From Octopus bimaculoides (taxonomy: Eukaryota): DNA of 49,899 nucleotides. Where the stretch lies: positions 135,866,591 to 135,916,489 of the forward strand of contig NC_068982.1 of assembly GCF_001194135.2 (NCBI RefSeq). Reading direction: 5' to 3'. The notes under the pieces are model-generated. The model searched no databases. It was not told where the DNA came from and was given only the letters and a program-made list of their open reading frames with translations. Made by a program: the position numbers and the translations under genes. Position 1 is the stretch's first letter, and every line of letters begins with the position of its first letter. This document shows positions 26,291-38,880 of this stretch, piece after piece.

Positions 26291-26569
26291 AAAAATTAAG
26301 CATTGAGAAGAAACAAAGGAAAATGGTTACAGTCTAAATGAGAAAACTATTCACTAGAGTTCAGCTTAAATATGATTTATCTGGTTGAAGTGAAATAGGA
26401 GCAATACGCGCAGCGTCTACTTTTAATGAGTTACAAAATCTTATATTATAGAGAAATGCCAATGTTATAGCAAGCTGGCATTCTTTAAGACACAACTTAA
26501 AGTTCATAATTCTTTCAGGAAACTGAAGTAGCAACCGAGTCACTGCTTGAGAGCCATTGCCTCTACTGT

Positions 26570-26745
26570 AAATGATGTTGATGTTGAAGACGATGATGAT
26601 AATGATAATGATGGTTATGATGGTTATGGTGATGATGATGATGATGATGATGATGAAGACGAAAAAGATGATGACGACGCTGACGAAAACGAAGAAAACG
26701 ACGATAATGATGATGATGATAATAATGATGATGATGATGAGAGTT
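26570..26745. repeat. Degenerate (GAT)n low-complexity tract; similar tracts at 29240-29760 (including (CTG)n 29627-29712) and 30245-30400
   Basis: Read directly; source of the poly-D/M/I ORFs in the track. Confidence 0.95.
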
Positions 26746-26921
26746 GATGACAGTCGCGACGTCGTCGGATTTTATATATATATATAAACGAGACGCATTT
26801 AATCGTCCGATCGAATAAAACCTCTACCCGTTGATTTAATGTGACAATGGCTGAGTACTCCGCCAATATGAATTGCCTCTTCAACTGATATTCAAGCTGA
26901 ATGTTAACAAGATAATAAAAT

Positions 26922-27160
26922 CTTATTATCTTTTAGCCACAGGTTTTGTTTGAACCCCTGGAGTCCTGCATGCGTGGCGGGCTCACTACCTGCAGCCTAC
27001 AGTACCATGCTATTAGTTCTTTTCAGCCCTCTAATACTTTCCTTATTAATCTGGCTGTGCTAAGGTGGTAAACCTTTTGTAACAGTTCTACTGGGCACTC
27101 TATTCCAATTTCCTTTCTATTCCCCTTGATGGCTTCTGATACTGCACTCTTCGTCTTGTG
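26922..27160 (-). mobile_element. R4/Dong-type 3' fragment (e), related to fragment a
   Basis: Minus-strand KEIGIECPVELLQKVYHLSTARLIRKVLEG*, sharing IECPVELLQKV with 11096-11354. Its 5' end abuts TAA repeats. Confidence 0.78.
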
Positions 27161-27187
27161 TATTATTATTGTTATAATAATAATAAT

Positions 27188-27239
<52 letters not shown>

Positions 27240-27242
27240 GTA

Positions 27243-27323
<81 letters not shown>

Positions 27324-27326
27324 GTT

Positions 27327-27409
<83 letters not shown>
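27161..27409. repeat. (AAT)n followed directly by (ATT)n, a self-complementary trinucleotide tract
   Basis: The polarity switch is centred at 27288/27289 (AATAATAA|TTATTATT). Confidence 0.95.
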
Positions 27410-27630
27410 GGCCGCGAGATCACAGAATCGTTAGCACGCTGGACGAAATGCTTAGCTGTATTTCGACTATCACTACGTTTTGAGTTTAAATTCCGCCGAG
27501 GTCGACTTTGTCTTTAATCGTTTCGGGGTCGATAAAATAAGTACCAGTTGAGCACTGGGATCGCTGAAATTGATTTACCACTCTCTCGAATTGGTGGCTT
27601 TGTGCCAAAATTTGAAATCATTATTATTAC
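27410..27630 (+). mobile_element. SINE family B, full length, tail type 1
   Basis: AGAATCGTTAGCACGCTGGACGAAATGCTTAG head, GAGTTTAAATTCCGCCGAGGTCGACTTTG, core TTTCGGGGTCGATAAAATAAGTACCAG, and an (ATT) tail. Confidence 0.9.
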
Positions 27631-27977
27631 TAAAATTGACTACATCAGATTTCGTGCCTAAAACTTTTTGTTTTTATTGGTAAAGACTTCTATCCGTCTC
27701 CCTAACCACGAAATGTGTCACACTCTTTGGACAATGATTATTATATCAACTTAGAGCTAGATAAGGATGAAATATCGACTAAATATCATTCGGATATTTG
27801 TCATTATATTTATTCATTAATTAATTTTTATTTTCAATTCTTCCCACCGAAGTTAACTTTATTTTCTTTCCTTCTGCGATCGATTTAATAAGGATTGGTG
27901 GAAATATACGGCTGAATCTCTTCAGATAATTCATGCACTCGTGCATGAGTGAAAAGTCAATTAATTATTATCAGAAT

Positions 27978-28110
27978 AATGGTTTCAAATTTTGGCACGA
28001 GGCCAGCAATTTCGAGGGTGAGACATGTCGATTACGTCGATCTCAGTAATCAAATGTTGACCTCGATAGAATTTAATGTCGGAACGTAAAACTAGGTTAA
28101 AACGTCGCTC
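27978..28110 (-). mobile_element. Decayed, internally deleted SINE family B
   Basis: GGTTTCAAATTTTGGCACGAGGCCAGCAATTTCG is the reverse complement of tail type 1. Confidence 0.6.
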
Positions 28111-28117
28111 AATATCT

Positions 28118-28287
28118 TCTCCAAAACATTAAGGGAAATTCCAGCTCGTCAACGTCTACGTAATAAAGCAGCCTTATTGGGCACAAAGCACATCTTAAGG
28201 AAAGTATTATCTGTCTGAGGTCTTTCTTGTGACTTGACAGATGACTAAAGACTCCGGTGCATTTTAACCTATACTGTGTTAGGAAGG
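28118..28287 (+). mobile_element. R4/Dong-type 3' fragment (f)
   Basis: NKAALLGTKHILRKVLSV* (stop 28216-28218), the 3' UTR motif GAGGTC...GACTTG, then (AAT)5 at 28288-28302. Confidence 0.75.
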
Positions 28288-28302
28288 AATAATAATAATA
28301 AT

Positions 28303-28616
28303 TGACAGCGAAATGAGCTGATTACTACCTAGCTCAGATACCAGGAAACCCCAAAATGGCTGAAGTTCAAAAGATAGTGCTCATGGGATGTGCCCATATC
28401 CTACGTAAAATACTGTCTATGTGATCTCAAATTTTAAAACAAACACATAATTTTATTATGGTTTCTTAAACATTCACTAGAACAAAACTGTACAAATCCA
28501 AATATATGGTACCCTAGGCATAACACCTACATGAACTTCTAACTTGTTGTCTCTTGAGGTCTCTGGGTGAGACTTGGATCCAACTTGTACAAATGCAAAA
28601 CAAAACTCAAACATAA
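28303..28616 (+). mobile_element. R4/Dong-type 3' fragment (g), well preserved
   Basis: YLAQIPGNPKMAEVQKIVLMGCAHILRKILSM* (stop 28422-28424), 3' UTR motif GAGGTCTCTGGGTGAGACTTGG, and (TAA)n on both sides. Confidence 0.85.
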
Positions 28617-28653
28617 AATAATAATAATAATAATATATAATAATGATAATAAT

Positions 28654-28720
28654 TTCATTTATTTGCCTCGAAGGCGCGAAAGATGAAGGGGACAACACAG
28701 AGACAGACATGAAGTGTGAG
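28654..28720 (-). mobile_element. SINE family B tail type 3 fragment
   Basis: Similar to 34161-34215; embedded between TAA tracts. Confidence 0.5.
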
Positions 28721-28746
28721 GGTTTACATATAATAATGAAATAATG

Positions 28747-28798
<52 letters not shown>

Positions 28799-29632
28799 TA
28801 ATAATACTAATAATTTATTCTTTATTCAATAACTCCTGCATTATCTCTAACAATAACTATTAATGATACTTCTATCGTCATTCTGCCATTGTAATTATTA
28901 TTAACGATATCTTTAAAATAAATCATTGTTAAACGACGATTAATCATTTGTATGATACTTCAGTCGAGTTTGATTATAAAGTGGTTTTGTGTATGTTTTT
29001 GATATTGTCTTATACGTTTGAGGAAATATTTCCTAATAAAACGTTATCCGAACCACCACCATCACCACTATCAGCACCACTACCACCACTATCACCACTA
29101 TCACCACTATCAGCACCACCACCACCACTATCACCACTATCACCACAATCACCACCACCACCACCATTAACATTATATTTACAGCCAACATTATTATATA
29201 CACGATCATTATCATTACTACATTTACATCTGCAGGTTGACAGATGATGGTGGTTTTGGCGATGCTTGTTGAAATGATGATGATGACGATGATGGTGATG
29301 ATAATGATGACGATGATGATGACGATGAGGATGATGAGGATAACGACGACAAGACGATGACGATCATCATGATGATCATGATGATAATCATGATGACGAC
29401 GACGACGACGTCAGTGATGTTGATGATGATGATGATGATGATCATGATGGTGGTGATTACGAAACCGGTGATGAGGATGTTAGTGACTACGATGCCAATG
29501 ATCATGATGATGATGGTTGTACAGAAACCGGTGATGCTGGTGCTACTGATGATGCTGATTCTGATGTTAACTAAAACTATGCTAATGTATATGTGATGAT
29601 GATCATGAGGATGACGATCATGATTATATTAA

Positions 29633-29669
<37 letters not shown>

Positions 29670-29679
29670 NNNNNNNNNN

Positions 29680-29713
<34 letters not shown>

Positions 29714-29785
29714 AAGTGGATGATGACGACGCTGTCTATAATGATGACAATGATATTAATAAAATTAACGATAGATGTGCATTAG

Positions 29786-30133
29786 CAGTGGCGGACTGGC
29801 CAGGTTGCCAGCTTGCCCGATGGCAAGTGGGCCCGTGAGCCATTAAAATCCATATATGGAGGCCCATATTAGTATCTAAGGTGACCATCCCCTTAAATTT
29901 GAGAATTTTTTATTCACTCCTGGAAGAATGCATTAATTATTTCAGCCTGGCTGTGTTTGTAGACAGTTGAAAAAAATACATTTAACAAAAAAAAAAAAAT
30001 AATAATAATAATAAATGATGGCATTGTAGTTGCGGGTGGGTCCACCTGTAGTTGCGGGTGGGTCCACTTGTAGTTGCGGGTGGGCTCCATTAGTCTCTTG
30101 CCTACCAATATTTTTTGACCCAGTCCACAACTG
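29786..30133. mobile_element. hAT-type MITE, 348 bp, with an internal 22-bp tandem repeat
   Basis: Ends are CAGTGGCGGACTGG and CCAGTCCACAACTG (12/14 inverted match). The 8-bp flanks TGCATTAG and TGGATTGG match at 6/8. TGTAGTTGCGGGTGGGTCCAC(C/T) is repeated ~2.8 times at 30025-30085. Confidence 0.7.
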
Positions 30134-30420
30134 TGGATTGGTGATGCTTTCTATTGCTAGTAGTGAAGAATAAATGACCATGTGAAATGCTATTAAATCA
30201 TTGCCTGTGTAATGAAAATATTCATGATGCTAGCGCTGGACATGTCTTGCTGGTGGTGATGGCAAGGATGATGACAAGGATGTATATGATGAAGATGACG
30301 AAGACGACGGTGTGATGAGAATGATGACGACGACAATAACTACCACAATGACAACGACAACGACCATGACAGCGATTGTGACGACAACAATGACAATAAT
30401 AATTATAACGTCTACCATGA

Positions 30421-30638
30421 GGCGGCAAGCTAGCAGAATCTTTAGCACACCGGACGAAATACTTAGCAGTAATTAGTCTACCTTTAAGTTCTGAGTTCTA
30501 ATTCCGCCGAGGTCGACTTTGCCTTTCATCAATTTGGGGTCGATAAATTAAGTACCAGTTGCGTACTGGGATCGATCTAATCGTCTAGCCCCTCCCCACA
30601 AATTTCAGGCCTTGTGCCTATAGTAGAATGGATTATTA
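30421..30638 (+). mobile_element. SINE family B, tail type 2
   Basis: Family B head and core, then GATCTAATCGTCTAGCCCCTCCCCACAAATTTCAGGCCTTGTGCCTATAGTAGAA. Confidence 0.88.
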
Positions 30639-31093
30639 CGTTCCTTTGTCTCAGAAGGTCAAGCTGTATTTCGTTGACGAGAAAATATAATGGCGGAAGT
30701 GGTTTTATAAGAGCAAGGCTANNNNNNNNNNNNNNNNNNNNNNNNNNNNNNNNNNNNNNNNNNNNNNNNNNNNNNNNNNNNNNNNNNNNNNNNNNNNNNN
30801 NNNNNNNNNNNNNNNNNNNNNNNNNNNNNNNNNNNNNNNNNNNNNNNNNNNNNNNNNNNNNNNNNNNNNNNNNNNNNNNNNNNNNNNNNNNNNNNNNNNN
30901 NNNNNNNNNNNNNNNNNNNNNNNNNNNNNNNNNNNNNNNNNNNNNNNNNNNNNNNNNNNNNNNNNNNNNNNNNNNNNNNNNNNNNNNNNNNNNNNNNNNN
31001 NNNNNNNNNNNNNNNNNNNNNNNNNNNNNNNNNNNATATATACTTACGAATATATATACATAAATACGTGTGTATATGTACATATATACATAC

Positions 31094-31177
<84 letters not shown>

Positions 31178-31801
31178 ACATACACACAAATATATGAAAT
31201 GTGTGTGTCTGTGTGTGTATGAGAAAGACAGAGAGAGACAGACAAAGAGAAACAGTAGATATATTAAGAGTCGTTTCCTAAGATAGTCAACAACGACATA
31301 GTATCGCTCACTAGATTCATCCAACTGTCTCATTCCGTTGTATTTGAAACAAACCCCTCCCAGTGTTGAAGCAATCTGATGCTTGATGTTATGTCAGTAT
31401 GACATTCTCACGAATCTTGTTGAATCTGATTGCAATACGTTATACTACATTAAAGTTTAACAACTAGTTTTTTGATCTTTCTTTTAATGTATTACAGTCG
31501 CATATATGTTAAACAAACATATGTATTATTCAGTTATTTACCCAGGAATTTTGTCTTTTAATTACGTTCATACGATTGGAGAGAAAAAAAATGATGAATT
31601 TAAAATGGGAACCATAAACGAGTGAGAGATTTTGGAGAGTGAGAAATGAGAGAATATTGAAGGCAGGAGAGGAAATTGGAGAAATGAATAAAGCGAAGGA
31701 AAAGTTAGGGAACGAGTGTACAATAAATAAATGGAAAGGGACACGGAGAGGCGAAAGGAGAATAAAAGTGGAAAAACTGTGGGGGAATTAATGTGTGTGT
31801 G

Positions 31802-31858
<57 letters not shown>

Positions 31859-32260
31859 GGGGTGGGGGAAGAGAGAATACGATTAAGAAAGGTTGAAGAG
31901 AAGAAATAAGAATGATAAAAGGTCAGAGAGAATGAATGTATAAGAGAAAATAGAAGAATAATATTAAGGAAAGAGGAAGAGAGAGTGAGAGGGGTAGAAG
32001 AGAAAGGGAGGAAGAGAGAGCAGGAAGTGAGAGAAGGAAGAGAGAGAGTTGTACCAAAGAGGGGGATGATAGGTGGACAGGAAAAATTCTGCGAATTTGA
32101 GCGGGAAAATTTGGGGAGGAGACAGACGAAAAGAGCGCGTGATAAGCAATAGTATTTAATAAACATCAATGTGAGCGCATATATAAATACATTTTCATGT
32201 CACAGAGATCGAAGATAGTGGTTGAAATGTATAAATATAAAATATTGGTTTTTCCAAGAG

Positions 32261-32294
32261 AATGGTGCTAAGACAACAATGGTGCTAAGACAAC
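32261..32294. repeat. Perfect 17-bp tandem duplication (AATGGTGCTAAGACAAC x2)
   Basis: Read directly from the sequence. Confidence 0.95.
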
Positions 32295-32415
32295 AATGAC
32301 AATTTCTGTGTCGTTTCCTGGCTGCGGCCACTTTACTTCCTTTGCGTTTGAGTATATCATAAACATACCCAGAAGCTTATTGTTATCAATATTAATGTAA
32401 TGTTTCCATCGATGT

Positions 32416-32608
32416 CGACTTTGCCTTTCAGTCTTTCGAGGTCAATACATTAAGTAGCAGTTGCGTATAGGGTTCGATCTACTCGACTGCTCCCTCCCCA
32501 AAAATTTCGGGCCTTGTGCCTAGAGTAGGAAAGAATATATAGATATAAAATGTAAACGGTCCCCTCCTACCAAATTTCAGGTATTGTGCCTTTAGTAGAA
32601 ATGATTAT
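32416..32608 (+). mobile_element. Two 5'-truncated family B fragments with tail type 2 (32416-32537 and 32560-32608)
   Basis: Both end in AAATTTC(G/A)GG..TTGTGCCT..AGTAG. Confidence 0.75.
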
Positions 32609-32621
32609 GAATGTAATGTAA

Positions 32622-32842
32622 GGCGGCGAGCTGGCAGAATCGTTAGCGCGTTGGACGAAATGCTTAGCCGTATTTCGCTCGTCGTTACGTTCTGAGTTCA
32701 AATTCCACCGAGGTCAATTTTGTCTTTCATCATTTCGGGGTCGATAAAATAAGCACCAGTCCAAAACTGGGGTCGATGTAATCGGCTCATCACTACTTCC
32801 TTCAAGCTGCCCTTGTCTCAAAAAAATTTGAAATAACTATTA
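32622..32842 (+). mobile_element. SINE family B, full length, tail type 1
   Basis: GGCGGCGAGCTGGCAGAATCGTTAG head, GAGTTCAAATTCC B-box-like motif, and the Nin/Deu-like core. Confidence 0.9.
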
Positions 32843-34158
32843 ATGTGATACGTTAAGTTTTGTAACTATTCTGTCCATTACGAAGGGGCAACATTCAGTT
32901 ATAGAAAGGGCAATTGGAATAAGCCCTCACATCTCTCGAAATCTCTTTGATCTCACTAATACTCCTGACCGCCTAACCTCCAAACAACATTTTTTCTCTT
33001 TTGAAGTATAACACCTTTATGACTGATCAAAAAGAATCCTCCATTCACTGCTTGATATGCTAAAACAAGTGTTTGTGTAAGTAATCATGCAATTTCTGGT
33101 TTTTAGTAGATTTGAAAGCAATATCCCGGCTTCATATCCTAATTACGTGGCTTTTAAGTAGATTTGTCTTGCGGATGGCATTGTAAATTCCATGCACTTC
33201 AAAGAACTGGCTTAAAATGATTTTATATTTCCTATTCATCTTCGAATTAATTCGAACACCTAGAGCCTTTGTAAGCAGTAAACTCATAGTAAAATAAAAT
33301 AAAAAAAAGCCATTAGTGTTGAGTAGGATACCTAAAAAGAAACTAGTTATAATAATGACGTTTAGTATGTTCTTCTCTCCAGCTCTCTCATTCTTTATCT
33401 ATTCAACTTTATCCTTCTCCCGATCTCAGTCATCCTCCCTCTGCTATTGTATTTCCTCTGGTTTATCTCCCACTCCCCCTCTCTCTCCCACACTATTTCT
33501 CCCTTTAATACGCCCTCCTCTCTCTCTCCACCTTCTCTGCCAGTATTCTTCCACATATTTTAACAAATTTTCATCAAATTGACTCGATATCAATCTCGCG
33601 GAAAAATACAAATCGACAGCAGTATCTATCTGTCTACCTATCACTACATAATACGTACATACATATATATGAATATACATATTTATATGCTTTAGATAGA
33701 TGAATATACAAATACATATGCATGCATATGCATGTATGGTTTTAGTGACAGACACATGCACACGCACGCACACACACACTAACATAAACGTATGCATGTG
33801 TGTGTTTAATTACGCAGAATGAGGCTGGGTTGTTAACAATGTCAGAGAAAAAGCTTTGTTCCGATTCATTGCACTCTGACCTCACTGACCTCTAGGAAAA
33901 CATTGACATGCGCCCTTTCGGTACCAATAAATAAAGTAATAACCTCTGGTTGTATTGGCTGAATTGTGGAATCTGCTCCGTATCTGAAGGTTCTGAGTTC
34001 AAAAATTGCCCCCGAAAGATAGTATAACCAATGGAATTTTCAGTGGCAGAATATTTATTTTGTTCACTTGGGAAATCGATTGACACCCCCAAAATCCCCA
34101 TTATGCATCCCTCAAAAATACATAGGTGCAGATTGAATGAATAAGCGGTTGTATATAT

Positions 34159-34391
34159 AATTCATTATTGCCCACAAGGGGCTAAACATAGAAGGGACAA
34201 AGAAGGACAGACAAAGGGATTAAGTCGATTACATCGACCCCCAGTGCGTAACTAGCACTTATTTAATCGACCCCGAAAGGATGAAAGACAAAGTCGACCT
34301 TGGCAGAATTTGAACTCGGAACGTAGCTGCAGACAAAAAAAATACCGCTAAGCATTTCGCCCGGCATGTTAACGATTCTGCCCTCGTATAT
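34159..34391 (-). mobile_element. SINE family B, tail type 3, with an 18-bp target-site duplication
   Basis: ATAAGCGGTTGTATATAT occurs identically at 34141-34158 and 34392-34409. Confidence 0.92.
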
Positions 34392-34670
34392 ATAAGCGGT
34401 TGTATATATGCATGTATACGTATAGGTATGTATACGTTTGTAACAATATTCTTTCAAATTAATGCATGTAAAATCGGCTGCCATTTAAAGGGGGAAAATA
34501 TTGCGTTAAAGATAAGAATGCTTTTTCAAAACTGTCATTAATAATAAAAATATCAAGCAGACATTTTGGTATAAGGCTACGAATATTTCGATAATTGCGC
34601 TGCATTTGAGCCGGAAAGGATACATTGTTATTTTCTGGGATTAAGTTTCAAGCTGCTACATGATCTAAAC

Positions 34671-34830
34671 CAGTACTTCCCAAATTGCTTTTGTGGATTG
34701 GGGTTGCCACCGATTTGGCACTTATGTCACATCGCTAGCGAACCGCAACACTCACTACCGCAAACATAGGTAACTTTTTGTAGCTAGCAAATTTAAAGCA
34801 ACTTCATTTCACCAGAAATAACTTAACCTA
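34671..34830 (+). mobile_element. Possible orphan hAT/Charlie-type left end
   Basis: CAGTACTTCCCAAA is preceded by ATCTAAAC, which resembles a Charlie target site. I found no matching right end. Confidence 0.3.
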
Positions 34831-36222
34831 TTATTAACCCATTCTTTTGTTGTTTTTACATCCATCGTCCCCATTTGACCATCCCATTATCGTCACACTT
34901 TTCTTCAACCACCTCTGGATCTTTCCCCACACCTCAGGAGTAGAGTACCGCCCACTTTTGGTACCACTGAAATGAACTGCCATAGCATATAAATTAGCCA
35001 TTTTCTATATATCCATATAGCCTCCATTGCACGCACACACACACACATACATACACACATATATAAATGTAAACGCAAACATATACATAAAATCGATCAC
35101 TCTTTGTAGTTATTGAGTCATTAGGGGGCCGATAGTTTCTTACACTGGCTCTTATGAGAGTGGTGTGAAATTATTTATATAGACATTTCACGAAACCCTC
35201 GGCCCTTCAGTCGGTGTAAATTTTGCTTATTTGTATATATGGTGGAATTCCCCCGACGAATACACATAAGGTCAGTTTCTACCGAACGACCGGAACAAAT
35301 GTTTATATGCGATTAGGTTTTGAGTTCTGTTTTTCAATTTGTATCGCCAAACCTATGTATGTGTGTGGAAATCTCTCTCTCTCTCTCTCTCACTATATAT
35401 TTATACACTTCCGGTCATTTCAAAATGTAACCACATGTGAATCGTTGGCTATTTCCCCCCCTCCGTCTTCCTTTTCTATTGGAATTTCCTCTGTTTCCCA
35501 AGAAGAGCTTTGCTTGAAATGTTAAATCATCCTTCCCTAAACATCTGCTAATACTTTACATGGAACCCCTGCTCGTGTTGCTGTTTTTTTGTGTTTGTTC
35601 TTCGTTTGTTTATTTACTATGTATATATATATATATATATACGCGTACACACACATAGGTGAGGTAGCGAGGACATGTGTGCGTGTGTGATAGAGAGATA
35701 TTTAGACAGAGACACGTATATATATATATATATATACACACATATATATATATATAGGATTGAAATGTTGGAAAAGTGATGCTGTTTTCATATTTTCTTC
35801 CTTTTGAATATCAAATATTGACTTTTCTCTTTGATATCTCGTTCCACTTGTTTTCCTTCTCTTTATTACTGATTTCCTCTGATTCTACTATCCTCCTCCC
35901 CCCTCCCCCAACAAACACACACACATACAGTCACACAACCATATATGCTATCGTGGCAGTTCATTACGCAAAATTCTCGATTTGTTATATAATGTAGCTG
36001 AGAAATATATTGAGTTTAAACGCTTTTAATATAATGTCTTTCCTTGTGTGTTAATATAATGGAACATGCAGGTGCTGATATATAAACATCGATGGCTTGT
36101 ATCGTATCGCATGACATGACATAACATGATACTGACATTATATTCGACCAAGTAATTTCCGATATGATACACATATCCATATACACACACATACACACAT
36201 ACACATTCACACACACACACGT

Positions 36223-36290
<68 letters not shown>

Positions 36291-36345
36291 GTATTCATAT
36301 GTGGGTGTCTATATATATAGATATATATATACACGCATATGTGCG

Positions 36346-36392
<47 letters not shown>

Positions 36393-37001
36393 GTATGTTT
36401 ATATATGAAGAGAAAGAAATCTATTAATGAATTACGTCCAGTTTGCAGTTGACATTTAGTCAATCGTAGATCCGTTTCCTTGACAAAATATGCTGATCAA
36501 TTAACCTTATTCTTTCAATGAATATTTTATTTGATTCTATATCTTTCTCTAGATTATCGCAATTGCATTCAAAATATATTTCCATATGCTCCAACGTATA
36601 ACAACAAGCAATAGTGTTGAATCGGTTCACGATTATAAAGTGCTAAAATCTCTAACTGGATTGCTTCTGTCAATCAGTTTTGCATAACTTCATCATCACA
36701 AATTTTTAAAAATCTCCTTAGCAACTGATACTTCATTTCATTATTTCGTTTTATTTGTATCTCTAGGGATCATAACATGATTCCCTTACTGATACGTGAG
36801 TTTATTTCAGTATTGGATTAAACTGCATTAGGTAAAACTTCAAATCCCAGTCAATATTCCTACAAGTTATGTGTGTGTGTGTGTGTACGCTAATCCATGT
36901 ATATATATATATATATATANNNNNNNNNNNNNNNNNNNNNNNNNNNNNNNNNNNNNNNNNNNNNNNNNNNNNNNNNNNNNNNNNNNNNNNNNNNNNNNNN
37001 N

Positions 37002-37049
<48 letters not shown>

Positions 37050-37224
37050 TGCTTATATATACCCACATATATACTGAAAACCCATGCACACGCATATATA
37101 TATATATATATATGTACACATATTGCCTTAAATATTGAGCAGATTCCATCACAGGAAGGTGCAATTATGAATATCCATATATGATTCACCATCATGAACA
37201 TGGATTAATTAACAGTATTCTACA

Positions 37225-37850
37225 CTGAACAAGAAACAACAGGGGACCCCTCCCTTTCCTTGATGACCAACTCAAATTTACGGACGGAAGTGGTATCAGC
37301 ACCAAGTTCTAAACGAAATTTACCTGCGGATCTTAAAGTAACCCTCCTTATCAGTTCAAAGACCAGTTAGATAAAATTCAAACGAATTCATATCCAGAAT
37401 AGTTGCATTTATATAGGAAATTCATACAACGCACGTTTAAAAGCTGCAGAAGGTCTACGGATACTCTGCATCAGTAACCCTCACATTCAGAGTCGCACGT
37501 CCAAGAAACGTAACAATGCTTCCAACACGTGATTTCTAACTTTATCACACTTCAGCAACAGAAAATATCCGTTTCTGCAAGGATATCTGTTGAGAAATGC
37601 TAGGTATAGAGCTGGTCTTCTTACGATCTTCCCAGCAGTATAGTTTATCGGGAAAATGGCCCTCAAACGAAAGAAATCTAAGCGTGCTGACTACCTGCTC
37701 TCCAACAAGACGAACATCCAATTTTCCATTTTTGAACAATATGCAGTCAATTTTAGATGGCCACCACCATTCAGATATCACATACGAGAACAAAACGTCG
37801 TCGTGTAGGAATCATCAAATTTAGGAATATCAGCAGAGATTTGGGTGCTA
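37225..37850 (+). mobile_element. Possible decayed Penelope-like retroelement fragment
   Basis: TEQE / NNRGPLPFLDDQLKFTDGSGISTK at 37235-37310 resembles the E.E....LPFLD motif; QFKDQLDKIQTNSYPE follows. The remainder is not confidently alignable and the right boundary is approximate. Confidence 0.4.
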
Positions 37851-38207
37851 CCACTAAAGACATAGACTGTAGTAGCGATAATCAAAAAATACATTTTTCT
37901 TAACAAATATTTGCAGGTTAATGTATAATTTCATTTTATATAAATATTGCATTTTAAAATTAAAATATAATACATAAAATTGAATAAGGACCAATAGGTA
38001 TCATAAATAGATACTCATTATCGTTACTATGATAATAAGACTCAACCCAATTTTTCTTTGAGTATATATCATGGTTCCTCCGAAATTCCTCATGTCGCAC
38101 AAGTCAGATGTTGGTAGTAACACAAGGCATCAGGTGCTAAACCTCTACGTACGTGATAATTCAATATTAGATGCAAGGAGCCAACGCACCAAAATAAGGA
38201 ACACTTT

Positions 38208-38282
<75 letters not shown>

Positions 38283-38514
38283 ACACGTATGTATGTATGT
38301 ATGTATGTATGTTTCTATGGAGTTTTCAGCAAGAAATATCTAGATTAAGTGAATATATCAAACGTAACATTTCTATATATTTGTTATCGTTCTTTTTGTT
38401 ATTTTGACTAATTGTCTACTTTGCTATCTCCTAGCTTCAGTTTATTTCACAGTTTCCGACAAACATCATTGCATTTTTGTCACTTCTTTTATGCATAAGG
38501 CAAGTAAGCAAATG

Positions 38515-38868
38515 TGTGCCTAGAAGCCCATGCTATCCACCCACAGCATAGATCATACTCGCATCACATAACAACAATAATGCACAATAATTTCACCTCA
38601 ATTGACCCCGCACTCTTTAACATTACACAAAAAAAAAACACATTAAATCAGGAACAGACCCCCAAAGTTCAAGAAGTATTTCGACAAATTCTTTCAAATA
38701 ATCCCGGATAAACCTTACACACCCGGATATGTCTCCATAAACAATAACTCTCTCCTCGAGTGAGCCATGTTATCTGATTCCTGATTTGAATGACTTTGCC
38801 AGTTGGTGCTATTATTTTAGACATGACCTGGGCTAATACTGACCGAAACCTACCAAAGTATCAAAGTA
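38515..38868 (+). mobile_element. CR1-type LINE 3' end
   Basis: HHITTIMHNNFTSIDPALFNI, a frameshift, then FKKYFDKFFQIIPDKPYTPGYVSINNNSLLE*, a short 3' UTR and a tandem CAAAGTA tail. This matches recalled invertebrate CR1 ORF2 C-termini. Confidence 0.75.
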
Positions 38869-38880
38869 TATATAAATATA

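Noticed and set aside
26547-26747. Acidic poly-Asp ORF with a nearby acceptor-like site at 26518
   Set aside because: It derives from a (GAT)n tract, and the frames starting at the acceptor hit stops before or at the start of the tract.
26909-26932. Perfect 10-bp hairpin AAGATAATAA-AATC-TTATTATCTT
   Set aside because: Low-complexity AT sequence at a retroelement tail; no independent support for function.
30025-30085. 22-bp repeat resembling a CRISPR array
   Set aside because: Head-to-tail tandem copies with no spacers, inside a eukaryotic MITE.
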